A stretch of 64,000 bases of DNA from an uncultured Thermoleophilia bacterium (GTDB taxonomy: Bacteria; Actinomycetota; Thermoleophilia; UBA2241): NCBI GenBank assembly GCA_963702475.1, contig CAVPCT010000003.1, positions 1,056,001 through 1,120,000 on the forward strand, in the 5' to 3' direction. The notes under the pieces were generated by a model. That model was not told the DNA's origin. It was given only the letters and a program-made list of their open reading frames with translations, and ran no database searches. Position numbers and translations under genes: made by a program. Of this stretch, positions 46,734 to 56,296 are shown piece by piece (within the stretch, counting starts at the first letter, position 1; each line of letters starts with the position of its first letter).

Positions 46734-47895
46734 ATGAGCCCCGCCGCCTCAGAAGCACTCGTCCAGCTGGATGCGCTCCGCGAGCGTCTCAAGGAAGCCT
46801 CCGGGCGCCTTGGATGGCTGCGGAGCTATCTTTGACCCCCCCAGGCTGACAGAGCAGCTCGCGGCGCTCGAGGAGCGCATGCGTGCGCCCGACTTCTGGG
46901 ACGACCAGGAGCAGGCGTCCCAGGTCTCCGCCGAGTACAGCCGCGTCAAACGCCGCCTCGAGGAGTTCGCCGAGCTCGAAGGGCGCTTCGCCGACCTCGA
47001 GTCCACCGAAGAGCTCCTGCGCGAGGAGACGGCCGGCGACGCCGTGGACGACGAGCTCCTCAAGGAGCTCGTGGACGGCGTCGCCCGCCTCGAGCACGAC
47101 CTCGAGCGCGGCGAGGAGCAGCGCTTCTTCAGTGGCAAGTACGACGAGGGTGGCGCCATCATGACCATCCACCCCGGCGCCGGCGGCACCGAGTCGCAGG
47201 ACTGGGCCGAGATGCTGCTGCGCATGTACCTGCGCTGGTTCGAGCGCCGCGGCTTCAAGGTCGAGATCAACGACCTGCAGGACGGCGACGAGGCGGGGCT
47301 CAAGAGCGCCACGCTCACCGTCGAGGGCGAGAACGTGTACGGACTGGTCCAGGCGGAGCGCGGCGTGCACCGGCTCGTGCGCCTCAGCCCGTTCGACTCG
47401 GCCAACCGCCGCCACACGAGCTTCGTGTCCGTCGATGCCTCACCGCTCGTCAGCGACGACGTGGACGTCGAGATCGACGAGGACGAACTGCGTATCGACA
47501 CCTATCGCTCCAGCGGCGCCGGCGGGCAGCACGTGAACAAGACCAGCTCGGCCATTCGCATCACGCACCTGCCGACCAACATCGTCGTGCAGTGCCAGAA
47601 CGAGCGTTCCCAGCTGCAGAACAAGACGGTCGCCATGCACATGCTCAAGTCCAAGCTCGTCGAGCTCGAGGAGCGCAAGCGCGCCGAGGAGATGGCGCGC
47701 GAGCGCGGCGAGGTGCTCAACGTGGACTTCGGCAGCCAGATTCGCAGCTACGTGCTGCATCCGTACCAGATGGTCAAGGACACGCGCACCGGCTTTGAGG
47801 TCGGCAACGCGCAGGGCGTGCTCGACGGCGACCTGGACGGTTTCGTGCACGCCTACCTGGTCTGGCGCGCGGGCGGCAGCGAGACGCGCGCGTGA
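46734..47895 (+). CDS. prfB: Peptide chain release factor 2 with programmed +1 frameshift
   Basis: GGAG-CTAT-CTT-TGA-C at 46822-46836; GAGGTESQDW, SPF anticodon-mimic, GGQ. Confidence 0.97.
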
Positions 47896-48524
47896 CGCCG
47901 GGCGGCGAGCAGCCCGCCGCCGCCCACCCCGCCGCGCAGCGCGCTGAGGGCGGTCCGGGACGCGCCGCCGAGCGCGGTCGGTCCGCGGGAGTGGGGAGCT
48001 TCGGAGTCGCGACCGTCCCTGCAGTGCTGCGCGGCCGGATCGTCACCCTGAGGCCGGCGACCGCAGCCGACGCGCCGGCCTTGCTCGCCATCCTTGACGA
48101 ACCCGAAGTCGCCGCCTGGTGGCGGCGCGACGAGTGGGAGCGCCTGGACGAGACCGACGCCGTCAGTCTCGTCATCGAGGTCGACGGCGTCGCGGCGGGC
48201 TGTATCCAGTACCACGAGGAGGCCGACCCCGACTACTTCTCTGCGGCCGTGGACGTCTTCGTCTCGGCCGCCGTCCACGGCCGCGGCGTCGGCGCCGACG
48301 CCATGCGCGCGCTCATCGCCTGGCTCATCGACGTGCGTGGTCACCACCGCCTCACGGTCGATCCGGCGGCGGCCAACGCGCGCGCCGTCCACGTGTACGA
48401 GAAGCTCGGGTTCCGTATCGTCGGCACGCTGCGGCAGTACGAGCGCGACGGCGACGGCAGGTGGCGCGACGCGCTGCTCATGGAGCTGCTGGCGACGGAG
48501 CTCGTGCGCGACGAGGGTGCGTGA
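47892..48524 (+). CDS. GNAT acetyltransferase (RimJ/RimL / AAC(6')-like)
   Basis: LRPAT..D, HGRGVG, DP..NARA..YEKLGF; start approximate. Confidence 0.85.
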   Translation: MTPGGEQPAAAHPAAQRAEGGPGRAAERGRSAGVGSFGVATVPAVLRGRIVTLRPATAADAPALLAILDEPEVAAWWRRDEWERLDETDAVSLVIEVDGVAAGCIQYHEEADPDYFSAAVDVFVSAAVHGRGVGADAMRALIAWLIDVRGHHRLTVDPAAANARAVHVYEKLGFRIVGTLRQYERDGDGRWRDALLMELLATELVRDEGA

Positions 48525-49420
48525 ACGCTCCGTCGTACACCACCACGGGTCTCCTGCCCTTCCGCGGCCACCGCACGTGGTACGGGATCGTCGGGGCAGG
48601 CGAGGAGCCGGGCCGCTCGCCCCTGGTGGTCTGTCACGGCGGGCCGGGATTCCCGCACGACGCCCTGGAGCCGCTGGCCGCACTGGCGCGGGGACGTCGC
48701 GTCGTCTTCTACGACCAGCTCGGTTGCGGGCGCTCCGATCACCCGCACGACCCGTCGCTGTGGTCGGTCGAGCTGTTCGAGGCCGAGTTGGGCGCGCTGC
48801 GCGCCGCGCTCGGCCTGGAGCGCTGTCACCTGTTCGGCCAGTCCTGGGGAGGGTCGCTGGCGCTGGCGCACGCCGCGGGCGCCGACGGCATCACGAGTCT
48901 GACGCTGGCCGATCCCCTCGTATGTACTGCCGACTGGATCGCCGAGGCCGACCGGTTGCGCGCGCAGCTGCCCAGGGACGTCCAGGGCGTGCTCCGCCGG
49001 CACGAGGCGGCCGGCACCGCCGGCGACCCCGCCTACCAGCAGGCGATGATGGTGTACTACCTGCGACACGTCTGCCGTCTCGACCCGTGGCCCGACTGTC
49101 TGCTGCGCTCGCTGGCGGCGCTCGAGGCCGACCCCGAGGTGTACCTCACCATGTGGGGGTCGAGCGAGTTCCACTGCACGGGGGTCCTGAAGGACTGGGA
49201 CGTGCGGCCGCGTCTCGGCGACATCCGGGCGCCGTCACTGGTCGTGGGCGGGCGCTACGACGAGTGCACGCCGGCCATCCAGGAGGACCTGTCCCGGCGC
49301 CTGTCGGGCTCGGAGTGGGTTGTCTTCGAGGGAAGCTCGCACATGCCCTTCCTGGAGGAGACCGGCCGGTTCCTGGCGGTCGTGGACGCGTTTCTGCGCC
49401 GCGTGGAGTCCTCCGTATGA
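48521..49420 (+). CDS. Proline iminopeptidase-family alpha/beta hydrolase
   Basis: HGGPG, YDQLGCGRS, GQSWGG, GRYDE, SSHMPF. Confidence 0.92.
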   Translation: MNAPSYTTTGLLPFRGHRTWYGIVGAGEEPGRSPLVVCHGGPGFPHDALEPLAALARGRRVVFYDQLGCGRSDHPHDPSLWSVELFEAELGALRAALGLERCHLFGQSWGGSLALAHAAGADGITSLTLADPLVCTADWIAEADRLRAQLPRDVQGVLRRHEAAGTAGDPAYQQAMMVYYLRHVCRLDPWPDCLLRSLAALEADPEVYLTMWGSSEFHCTGVLKDWDVRPRLGDIRAPSLVVGGRYDECTPAIQEDLSRRLSGSEWVVFEGSSHMPFLEETGRFLAVVDAFLRRVESSV

Positions 49421-50460
49421 GGCAGAAGGGCAGGCGGGCCGGCGCGGATACGGCGCCCGTCACGCGGGCACCGTATCCCAAGATCGAGCTGCACGTGCAC
49501 CTGGAGGCCACCGTGAGGCCCGCGCGACTGCTCGAGATCGCGCGCCGCAACGGCGTGCGCCCGCCGGCGCGCACCGTGTGGGGCCTGCGCCGCGTGTACC
49601 GGATCGGCGGCTTTCACGACTTCCTCAGGGCGTGGATCAGGACCTCGCGCTGTCTCGTCCGCGCCCGCGACTTCCACGAGGTCGTCGTCGACTACGCCGA
49701 GGAATCGGCCTCACGTGGCTGCGTCTACGTCGAGGCGCTCTTCTCGCCGACCGAGCCGATGAAGCGCGGCACGCCCTGGCAGGAGGTCTTCGAAGGGTAC
49801 TGCGACGGGGCCGACGAGGCGCGCGAGCGGCACGGCGTGGACATCCGCTTCACGCCGGACATCACCCGCGACCTGCCGGTGGAGCTGGCGGACCAGCTGG
49901 TGCAGTGGGCGGTGCGCTTCCGCGAGCGCGGGGTGCTCGGGGTGAGCCTCGGTGGCAGCGAGGACCGGTATCCGCCGGAGCTGTTCGCGCGACCGTTCGC
50001 GGCCGCCCGTGAGGGCGGCCTGAAGGCCGCGCCGCACGCCGGCGAGCTCGCCGGGCCGGCGTCGGTGCGCGCCGCGCTCGACGTGCTGCACGCCGACCGC
50101 CTGCGGCACGGCGTGCGAGCCGTCGAGGACCCGGCGCTCCTGGCGGAGCTGGCCACGCGCGGCATCGTGTGCGACGTGACTCCGACCAGCAACGTCCTTA
50201 CCGGCGTCGTGCGCTCGCTCGACAGGCATCCGTTGCCGCGGATGCTGGCCGCCGGCGTGCCGTGCTCCATCTCCACCGACGATCCGGTGCTGATGGGCAC
50301 CGACCTCGACCGCGAGTGCGCGGCGGCCGTCCGCATGGGGCACACGCCGCGGGGCATGTTCGAGCAGGCGCTCTCGGGTGTCTTCTGCGACGACGACACG
50401 TGTCGCCGCCTCTCCACGCTCGGCGAAGCCTTCGACTGGACGGCGACGGAGGTTGCCTGA
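49417..50460 (+). CDS. add: Adenosine/adenine deaminase family protein
   Basis: PKIELHVHLE, PHAGE, RLRHG, PTSN, STDDP. Confidence 0.88.
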   Translation: MRQKGRRAGADTAPVTRAPYPKIELHVHLEATVRPARLLEIARRNGVRPPARTVWGLRRVYRIGGFHDFLRAWIRTSRCLVRARDFHEVVVDYAEESASRGCVYVEALFSPTEPMKRGTPWQEVFEGYCDGADEARERHGVDIRFTPDITRDLPVELADQLVQWAVRFRERGVLGVSLGGSEDRYPPELFARPFAAAREGGLKAAPHAGELAGPASVRAALDVLHADRLRHGVRAVEDPALLAELATRGIVCDVTPTSNVLTGVVRSLDRHPLPRMLAAGVPCSISTDDPVLMGTDLDRECAAAVRMGHTPRGMFEQALSGVFCDDDTCRRLSTLGEAFDWTATEVA

Positions 50461-50484
50461 AGCCCGCACTGGGCACCGTAGAGC

Positions 50485-51861
50485 GTGGAACCCGCCGGCC
50501 AGGAGGTCCGCGTGACGTCGTCCCGCACCGTCGTGTCCGTCCTCGTCGCCTGCAGCCTCGGCTACACCCTCGCAGCACTGCTGCTCCCGTTCGAGGTGGC
50601 CGAGGTTCTCGGCGGCCCGCTGGTCGTGGCCGGCGCCTACTTCGGCGGTCGCCGTGGAGGCCTGCTCACGGGGCTGTGGGCCTCTCTCTCCATCATCGTC
50701 GCCAGCCTCTCGCTCGCGGACGTCGGGCTCGATGAGGTGATCATCGTCGCCGCCGGGTACCTCGTCCTCGGCATCGCTCTGGGCGTCGGGGTGCACAGAT
50801 GGCGCCTCGAGCAGCGCGACCTGCGGGACGCCCTGGCGTCACGACAGGCGGTGCAGACGCAGCTGTCGGCGAGCCAGAAGCGCTACCGCCTGCTGTTCGA
50901 GAGCAGCAACGACACGGTGTACCTCCACGGGATGGATGCCCACGGAGAGCCGACGCGCTTCGTGGCCGTGAACGACGCGGCCTGCGAGCGCCTGGGGTAC
51001 ACGCGTGATGAGTTGCTCGGTCTGCTGCCGCGCAAGATAGACGCCGCTCCGCGACCGGGGCAGCTCCGTGAGGTCATGGCGCGTCTTCTCAAGGAAGACC
51101 GCGTGATGTGGGAGTCCGTCTTGCGCGCGCGGGACGGCGAGAAGATCGCGGTGGAGATCGGCTCCAGCCTGACCGACGTGGACGGGGAGCTCGTGGTGCT
51201 CTCCATTGCGCGGGACATCAGCGGCCGCAAGGAGCAGGAGCAGCGCCTCCTCGAGCTCTCGCTGCGCGACCACCTCACCGGCCTGCTCAACCGGCGCGGC
51301 TTTCTCGTGATGCTGCCGGAGCACCGCAAGCAGGCCAAGCGCAGCGGCACACGTGTCGTCGTTCTGTACGCGGACCTGGACGGGCTCAAGGAGATCAACG
51401 ACCGCCTCGGCCACGCGCGTGGCGACGAGGCGATCAGGGCGGTGGCCGTGGCGCTGCGGCAGACCTTCCGCGAGACCGACCTGATCGCGCGCCTGGGTGG
51501 AGACGAGTTCTGCGTGGTCGCCCAAGCCGATCAGGACGCCGATCCCAGAGCGTTCGTGAGGCGGCTCGACGCCGCCCTTGCTGAGGCCGGGGTCAAGCTC
51601 GAGCTGCCGTTGAGCGTGAGCTGCGGCACCGTGGTCACCGGCTGGCGGGGACTGGAGGACGCACAAGACCTGCTGGAGCGTGCCGACGCCCTGATGTACG
51701 AGCAGAAGAACTCCCGGCGCGGGGAGCCCGGCTCGGCGCACGGGGGGACCGAGCCGCGCGCCGCGACGGACACGGCGGCGGGGACAGCACCCGCAGGTGA
51801 AGCCGAGTCCGGGGGGGAGACGGGAGCCGCACCGCGAACGGCGTCCGCCGGTGGAGCTTGA
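50485..51861 (+). CDS. Membrane-anchored PAS-GGDEF diguanylate cyclase
   Basis: N-terminal TM helices, PAS (VNDAACERLGY), DHLTGLLNRR, RETD I-site, GGDEF. Confidence 0.93.
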   Translation: MEPAGQEVRVTSSRTVVSVLVACSLGYTLAALLLPFEVAEVLGGPLVVAGAYFGGRRGGLLTGLWASLSIIVASLSLADVGLDEVIIVAAGYLVLGIALGVGVHRWRLEQRDLRDALASRQAVQTQLSASQKRYRLLFESSNDTVYLHGMDAHGEPTRFVAVNDAACERLGYTRDELLGLLPRKIDAAPRPGQLREVMARLLKEDRVMWESVLRARDGEKIAVEIGSSLTDVDGELVVLSIARDISGRKEQEQRLLELSLRDHLTGLLNRRGFLVMLPEHRKQAKRSGTRVVVLYADLDGLKEINDRLGHARGDEAIRAVAVALRQTFRETDLIARLGGDEFCVVAQADQDADPRAFVRRLDAALAEAGVKLELPLSVSCGTVVTGWRGLEDAQDLLERADALMYEQKNSRRGEPGSAHGGTEPRAATDTAAGTAPAGEAESGGETGAAPRTASAGGA

Positions 51862-51921
51862 ACGGTCGCCGGCGGTGTAGGCTACTCCTGTGAGGGCGCC
51901 CCGCGGTCACGCCGCGGGGCT

Positions 51922-52935
51922 GTGGTGTGCAAGGAGATCCGGGTGGGTGAAGAAGCGCTCGCGGGGAGCGCGGGTGCCGGCCGTGACGCCCTGAACGTCG
52001 TGTTGGGCGCGCGTGGCGGCATCGGCGGCGCCATAGTCAGGGAACTCGTGGGGCAGGGCAGGCGCGTGCGCGCGGTGACGCGCACCGGCGACGCCGGGGT
52101 CAGCGAGACCCCTCTTCCCCCGGCGTCGTACGAAGACTGGGCCTGCGACCTCACCGACGCCGAGCGTCTGCGCCGCGCCGTCGCCGGCGCCTCCGTGGTC
52201 TACCACTGCGCCCGCCCCGCCTACACCCGCTGGTGGAGCGAGTTCGAGCCGCTCAACCGGGCGGTGGTCGACGCCGTCGAGGCGGCGGGCGCCAAACTGG
52301 TGTACGCCGACAGCCTGGCGATGTACGAACCAGGGTCGAGCCCGATGACGGAGGAGTCACCGGCGACGGCGGGCACCAAGAAGGGGTCGCTGCGCGCCAG
52401 ACTGGCCGCGGAACTGCTCGAGGCGCACGCGAGCGGCCGCTTGCGCGTGGTCATCGGGCGCGCGGCCGACTACTTCGGGCCGCGCGGAGTGCACTGCGCT
52501 CTCGGGCGGCGGTTCTTCACCGACCTGCTCGCCGGCCGCAAGACGCAGTGGTTCAAGTCGTTGGACCAGCCCCACAGCCTGAGCTACCTGCCCGATCTCG
52601 CGCGGGCCTTCGTGCTGCTCGGCGCCCGCGACGACGCCGACGGGCAGGTGTGGCACACACCGGTGTGCTGTCCGGTGACCGGACGGGAGCTCATCGAGGC
52701 CGCGGCCCGCGCCGCAGGCGTGAAACCGCGGCCGGCCGTCCTCAAGGAGAGTACAGTCACGTTCTACGGCATCTTCGTCCCGACGTTCCGCGAGTACCCC
52801 GAGCTCGCGTACCAGTGGGACGCGCCCTTCGTGAGTGACGCGGGCAGGTTCGAAAGGGCTTACGGACCCTTCGCGCTCACGCCGCTCGACGAGGCGCTCG
52901 AGGCGACTGTCGCCTGGTACAGGGCGCTCGTCTGA
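51922..52935 (+). CDS. NAD-dependent epimerase/dehydratase family (atypical SDR)
   Basis: VLGARGGIG Rossmann motif, KKG..RA, RAADYFGP, SYLPDLA; start approximate. Confidence 0.85.
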   Translation: MVCKEIRVGEEALAGSAGAGRDALNVVLGARGGIGGAIVRELVGQGRRVRAVTRTGDAGVSETPLPPASYEDWACDLTDAERLRRAVAGASVVYHCARPAYTRWWSEFEPLNRAVVDAVEAAGAKLVYADSLAMYEPGSSPMTEESPATAGTKKGSLRARLAAELLEAHASGRLRVVIGRAADYFGPRGVHCALGRRFFTDLLAGRKTQWFKSLDQPHSLSYLPDLARAFVLLGARDDADGQVWHTPVCCPVTGRELIEAAARAAGVKPRPAVLKESTVTFYGIFVPTFREYPELAYQWDAPFVSDAGRFERAYGPFALTPLDEALEATVAWYRALV

Positions 52936-53282
52936 GCGCGGGGAGGCGCTGCTTGAGCGGCCCGCAAGACCGGGGCCGCGGCCGGCCCGGCTTGCCTGTA
53001 GAATCCGGACCTGATAAGGTGTGTTTCCAGACCACGGGAGCCGGTTCCCGCCTGAGCGCCTCGCGCCGGGCATTCCTCCCGCAGCAATCGCCCAGACTCT
53101 GTGAAAACCGGACAGTGTTCTGAATGAAAGGAACACCAGTCCGCAGCCAGTCTGGCCGCCCCGAGGGCGGCTCTTCACAAGGCGAACTCCCGCTCACCCC
53201 GCTGATCCCTGTCGAGTCGTCAGGGTCGTCGGACGTGCGCGTCGCCGAGGCACGTACGGGTGAGTCCGGGAAGAGAGAGTCA

Positions 53283-54956
53283 GTGAATCCAGTCATCGAT
53301 CCCGCCGTCGACACCGCACGCCCGCAGGGCGAGGAGGCGCCGACGCGCCGTCGCCGCGGTGGACGCGGCCGCGGCACCGCCGCCCGCCCTGAGGGCGGCG
53401 CCGGCACGGCCGTTCAGAGTCCCGCCGCCCCGAGTGGCGCGACGCAGGCACCGCCCTCCTCCGAGCAGCGCACAGACGAGCGGTCTGAGCGCCAGCCTCG
53501 TGAGGGCCGGGAGCAGCGTCGCGACAGCAAGGGCGGCTCTGGCCGCGACAGGTCCGGCCGCGACCGCGACCGCGGGCGCGGCCCGCGTCGCGACCGCGAA
53601 GGCCGCGGCGGCCAGGGTGTGGACAAGAGCTACGTGGAGCGTCAGCACGCGGCGAGGCCTTCAGGCCCCGCCCCTGAGGTCGACCTGCCGGCGTTCGCCG
53701 CGCTCGGCCTCACGGGCGAACTGCTGGCCGGCGTCGCCGCCATGGGGTACGAGACGCCCACCCCCATCCAGGAGCAGGCCATCCCGCGCGTCCTCGCCGG
53801 ACGCGACGTGGTGGGAAGTGCGCAGACCGGTACCGGCAAGACGGCCGCTTTCGTCGTGCCCATCTTGCAGCGCATGACAGGCCCGACCGTCGCCGACGGC
53901 CGCACGGCCCACCCGTCCACCCTGGTGGTGACTCCCACGCGCGAGCTCTGCGCGCAGATCGAAGAGGTCGGCGAGACGCTCAGCACGTACAGCGGGCGCA
54001 CCGTGGCCGCCGTGTTCGGCGGCGTGCCGTACGACCCCCAGGCGAAGAGGGTGCGCAAGGGCGTCGACATGCTGGTCGCCACCCCGGGCCGCCTGCTGGA
54101 CATGCTGCGCCAGGGCGACGTGCTCCTCGACCAGGTCGACACGCTGGTCCTGGACGAGGCCGACCGCATGCTCGACATGGGCTTCTGGCCGGACGTCAAG
54201 CGCATCATCGACGCCCTGCCGGCCAAGCGCCAGAACCTCTTCTTCTCCGCCACCATGAGCAAGACCGTGCTCAGCATCATCGAGGACACCCTGCATCAGC
54301 CGGTGTTCATCCAGCTGGGCGGCGTGGCCACCCCCGTGGACGGCGTCGAGCAGAAGGTCCTGCCGGTCAACCAGGAGCAGAAGGTGGACCTGCTGGTGGA
54401 GTACTTCCGCCACCACGACCCCGCGCGCACCCTGGTCTTCACGCGCACGCGTCGTCGTGCCGAGCGCCTCTCCATCACCCTCAACAGGGCGGGCATCACC
54501 TGCGAGGCCATCCACGGCGACCGTTCGCAGGGCCAGCGTCAGCAGGCGCTCGACGGCTTCAAGAACGGCAAGATCGCCGTGCTCGTCGCCACCGACGTGG
54601 TCGCGCGCGGCATCGACGTGGACAACATCACCCACGTCATCAACTTCGACATCCCGACCAACCCCGAGGACTACGTGCACCGCATCGGGCGCACCGCCCG
54701 CGCCGGCGCCAGCGGCATCGCCGTCAGTCTGCTGACGGGTGAGGACGTGCACGACCTCAAGGCCATCGAGCGGCTCATCGGCGCCACCATCGAGCGGCAC
54801 GACCTGCCGGGGTTCGAGTACGACAAACGCATCATCCCCGAGTCCCACCAGGTCGAGCCCCGCATGGGCAAGATGGTGTGGAACGGGGGCGCGCGACGTG
54901 CCTGGACGAAGACGGGTGTCCGCCGGCGTCCGCCGAAGCGCGCTTCGTCGCATTGA
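53283..54956 (+). CDS. DEAD-box RNA helicase with charged N-terminal extension (frame open from 53124)
   Basis: Q motif TPIQ, AQTGTGKT, PTREL, TPGRL, DEAD, SAT, ARGID, HRIGRTAR. Confidence 0.95.
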   Translation: MNPVIDPAVDTARPQGEEAPTRRRRGGRGRGTAARPEGGAGTAVQSPAAPSGATQAPPSSEQRTDERSERQPREGREQRRDSKGGSGRDRSGRDRDRGRGPRRDREGRGGQGVDKSYVERQHAARPSGPAPEVDLPAFAALGLTGELLAGVAAMGYETPTPIQEQAIPRVLAGRDVVGSAQTGTGKTAAFVVPILQRMTGPTVADGRTAHPSTLVVTPTRELCAQIEEVGETLSTYSGRTVAAVFGGVPYDPQAKRVRKGVDMLVATPGRLLDMLRQGDVLLDQVDTLVLDEADRMLDMGFWPDVKRIIDALPAKRQNLFFSATMSKTVLSIIEDTLHQPVFIQLGGVATPVDGVEQKVLPVNQEQKVDLLVEYFRHHDPARTLVFTRTRRRAERLSITLNRAGITCEAIHGDRSQGQRQQALDGFKNGKIAVLVATDVVARGIDVDNITHVINFDIPTNPEDYVHRIGRTARAGASGIAVSLLTGEDVHDLKAIERLIGATIERHDLPGFEYDKRIIPESHQVEPRMGKMVWNGGARRAWTKTGVRRRPPKRASSH

Positions 54957-54992
54957 GCGGCGGGGCGTAGCTTCACCGCCGCCCGGGTCGAG

Positions 54993-55027
54993 AAGGAGGC
55001 CGCGGCTGACAGGCCGCGGCCTCCTTT
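54993..55027 (+). terminator. Intrinsic terminator of the helicase gene overlapping the tRNA promoter
   Basis: 14-bp stem AAGGAGGCCGCGGC / GCCGCGGCCTCCTT; CTGACA at 55006-55011 and TG-C-TATACT at 55027-55035. Confidence 0.7.
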
Positions 55028-55048
55028 GCTATACTGCCGTTCCCGCGT

Positions 55049-55124
55049 GGGCGACTAGCTCAGTTGGGAGAGCGCCTGCTCGACAAGCAGGAGGTCGTTG
55101 GTTCAATTCCAACGTCGCCCACCA
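55049..55124 (+). tRNA. tRNA-Val(GAC)
   Basis: Full cloverleaf: acceptor GGGCGAC/GTCGCCC, D arm GCTC/GAGC, anticodon arm CCTGC-TCGACAA-GCAGG, T arm GTTGG-TTCAATT-CCAAC, encoded CCA. Confidence 0.96.
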
Positions 55125-55206
55125 CCTCTGCGCTTCCCTGCAGGGAAGCGGCTCCGCGCGAGAGTGTCGCGTCGCGATGAGGCTCGCGTAACGCGCAGCG
55201 GCGCTG

Positions 55207-55240
55207 ATGGCTTCTGCCCCTGGGGCGGAGGCCATTTTTC
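55207..55240 (+). terminator. Intrinsic terminator after tRNA-Val
   Basis: ATGGCTTCTGCCC / GGGCGGAGGCCAT stem (with G-U pairs) followed by a T run. Confidence 0.7.
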
Positions 55241-55364
55241 GTTTCGGGCTCCTGGTGAAGACAAGATGATGGCCGAGGGCATGGTGACTGTGGAGCCCGG
55301 CTGGGGTGCGGCAGGCCGGTTGGCCGGGCACGTCGGGCGACACGGCTTGCGCCGCGCCGCTCTC

Positions 55365-55414
55365 TGAGCGGTGCACGTGCGGCGCACCCCTCGCTGAGCC
55401 CGCTACGGGGGTCA
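55365..55414 (-). repeat. Single copy of repeat family A beginning at the trpA stop codon
   Basis: Reverse complement reads TGACCCCCGTAGCGGGCTCAGCGAGGGGTGCGCCGCACGTGCACCGCTCA. Confidence 0.78.
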
Positions 55415-56296
55415 GTCTGCGGCGATCGCGGCGCTGGCCGCGCCGATGAGCTCAGCGGCGGCACGGCAGGCGGCGTCGGGGCTCGCCGCGGCCGACACTG
55501 CGTCGATGAGCGCACTCCCGATGATGACGCCGTCGGCGAGGTGGGCCACGCGCGCTGCCTGCTCCGGGGTGGAGATGCCGAAACCGACCACGAGCGGCAC
55601 GGCGGTACGCTCGCGCAGCCGTTCGAGCAGGCGCGGCAGGTCCGCTCCCACCTCGGCGCGCGCCCCGGTGACGCCGGTGACGGCCACGCAGTAGATGAAG
55701 CTCGTGGCTGAGGCCGCCACCATGTCGAGACGGGCCTCGGTGCTCGTGGGCGTGGCCATCGGGACAAGGGAGACGCCGTGCTGCGAGGCGAGGCCGGTGA
55801 GGCCGCCGGGGGTGCCGGGGAACCCGTCCTGCGCCGGCGGGAAGTCCGGCGTCGCGGCCTCGTCCAGCGGCAGGTCGGGGATGACGAGGGCCTCCACGCC
55901 GGAGGCGGCCGCACGCGTGAAGAACCGCTCGGGACCGTAGGCGAGCACGGAGTTGACGTACGTGAGGAGCACGAACGGCGCCGCGCCGCTGTGCCCCGCG
56001 ACGAGCTGTATCACGTCGTCGGGCGTGACCCCCGCGACGAGCGCCTGGTGCGTGGAGCGCTGCACGACAGGTCCGTCGGCGATGGGGTCGGAAAAGGGGA
56101 CGCCGAGCTCGACGATGTCGGCGCCGGCGGCGGTCACGGCGTCGATGAGCCGGCCGCTGGTCTCGAGGTCGGGATGCCCGCCGGTGAGGTACGGCATGAG
56201 GGCCGCGCGGCCGGCGCGCGGCGCCGCGAAGGCGCGCGCCAGGCGCGGCCCGAGGTTGGGCAGCGGCGCGGGTGACGGTGCGTCCGGGTCTCTCAT
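55412..56296 (-). CDS. trpA: Tryptophan synthase alpha
   Basis: [38 protein letters not shown]. Confidence 0.96.
   Translation of the reverse strand: MRDPDAPSPAPLPNLGPRLARAFAAPRAGRAALMPYLTGGHPDLETSGRLIDAVTAAGADIVELGVPFSDPIADGPVVQRSTHQALVAGVTPDDVIQLVAGHSGAAPFVLLTYVNSVLAYGPERFFTRAAASGVEALVIPDLPLDEAATPDFPPAQDGFPGTPGGLTGLASQHGVSLVPMATPTSTEARLDMVAASATSFIYCVAVTGVTGARAEVGADLPRLLERLRERTAVPLVVGFGISTPEQAARVAHLADGVIIGSALIDAVSAAASPDAACRAAAELIGAASAAIAAD

Noticed and set aside
47892-48524. Aminoglycoside resistance gene
   Set aside because: A generic GNAT fold in a housekeeping context; substrate cannot be assigned from motifs.
55049-55412. Genomic island integrated at tRNA-Val
   Set aside because: No integrase and no duplicated tRNA 3' end seen in the window; trpA follows within 300 nt.
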